23,125 nt of DNA from Utricularia gibba. Lineage: Eukaryota > Plantae > Magnoliophyta. How positions within the stretch are numbered: position 1 is the first letter of the stretch; every line of letters starts with the position of its first letter. This document shows positions 22,795 through 23,125 of the stretch, in pieces. The notes under the pieces were generated by a model that searched no databases, was not told the DNA's origin, and saw only the letters and a list, made by a program, of their open reading frames with translations. The position numbers and the translations under genes are program-made. Location of the stretch: NCBI GenBank assembly GCA_002189035.1, contig NEEC01000209.1:1-23125 (forward strand), read 5' to 3'.

Positions 22795-23125
22795 ATAATC
22801 ATATGATATAGGTTTATTAAATTATAAATAATTGAAATACATTATTTATTAAACCGTAGGATAACTGTGAAAGCTTCTTTGACTTAATTATTACCATTTG
22901 ATCCTCAGTTGTACTTTGGATGGAGTGTGTATTTTTACTTTAGTCAATTTAATTAGCATTCGATCCTTGGTTATGATTCAGATCATATTTGCTATTTTTT
23001 ACTTTAAATATTTTTATTATCATTCGATCCTTAAGTATATGCGGATCGAGCGCGTATTTTTTATTTTAATATTTTTTATTAGCATTCGAACGTTAGGTAT
23101 GCTGCGGATCGAGCGTATATTTTTC
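22795..23125. mobile_element. Left arm (partial) of foldback/MULE-like palindrome, cut by window end
   Basis: Copy of the first ~330 bp of 1795-2272. Confidence 0.65.

Larger units (their letters stand above)
1..23125. repeat. Tandem array (macrosatellite) of a ~2.33-kb composite unit, ~9.9 copies
   Basis: The anchor TAAGGATCGAGCGTTAACACAAG recurs at 1, 2331, 4664, 6997, 9333, 11667, 14003, 16336, 18668 and 21000. The ORF track repeats with matching offsets (ORF left ends 502, 2834, 5167, 7500, 9836, 12170, 14506, 16839, 19171, 21503). Confidence 0.99.
21000..23125. repeat. Macrosatellite unit 10 (partial, cut by window end)
   Basis: Anchor at 21000; no-A variant; several extra 1-bp homopolymer deletions. 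Confidence 0.97.

Overview
The whole window is non-coding repetitive DNA: a head-to-tail array of about 9.9 copies of a ~2.33-kb unit. Units start at 1, 2331, 4664, 6997, 9333, 11667, 14003, 16336, 18668 and 21000; full units are 2330-2336 bp. No credible protein-coding gene, rRNA, tRNA or CRISPR array was found. Each unit is a composite of five parts: (i) a ~855-bp GC-rich satellite-like block of six diverged ~150-bp monomers arranged as A/B ~300-bp dimers; (ii) a 50-bp duplication and an A-rich linker; (iii) a ~150-bp fragment ending in a hAT-like terminus (minus strand TAGAGATGGGC); (iv) a ~900-bp imperfect palindrome, resembling a foldback/Mutator non-autonomous element, whose arms are built of ~62-bp subrepeats around a GC-rich central hairpin; (v) a ~235-bp segment of unknown origin. 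The internal components are clearly diverged from each other, yet by eye the 2.33-kb units differ almost only by 1-2 bp indels, mostly in homopolymers, plus one recurrent +A variant. This points to a very recently amplified composite macrosatellite, or to a concatemer of one circular molecule or an assembly artefact. The motifs suggest a plant genome (inference). All comparisons were made by eye.
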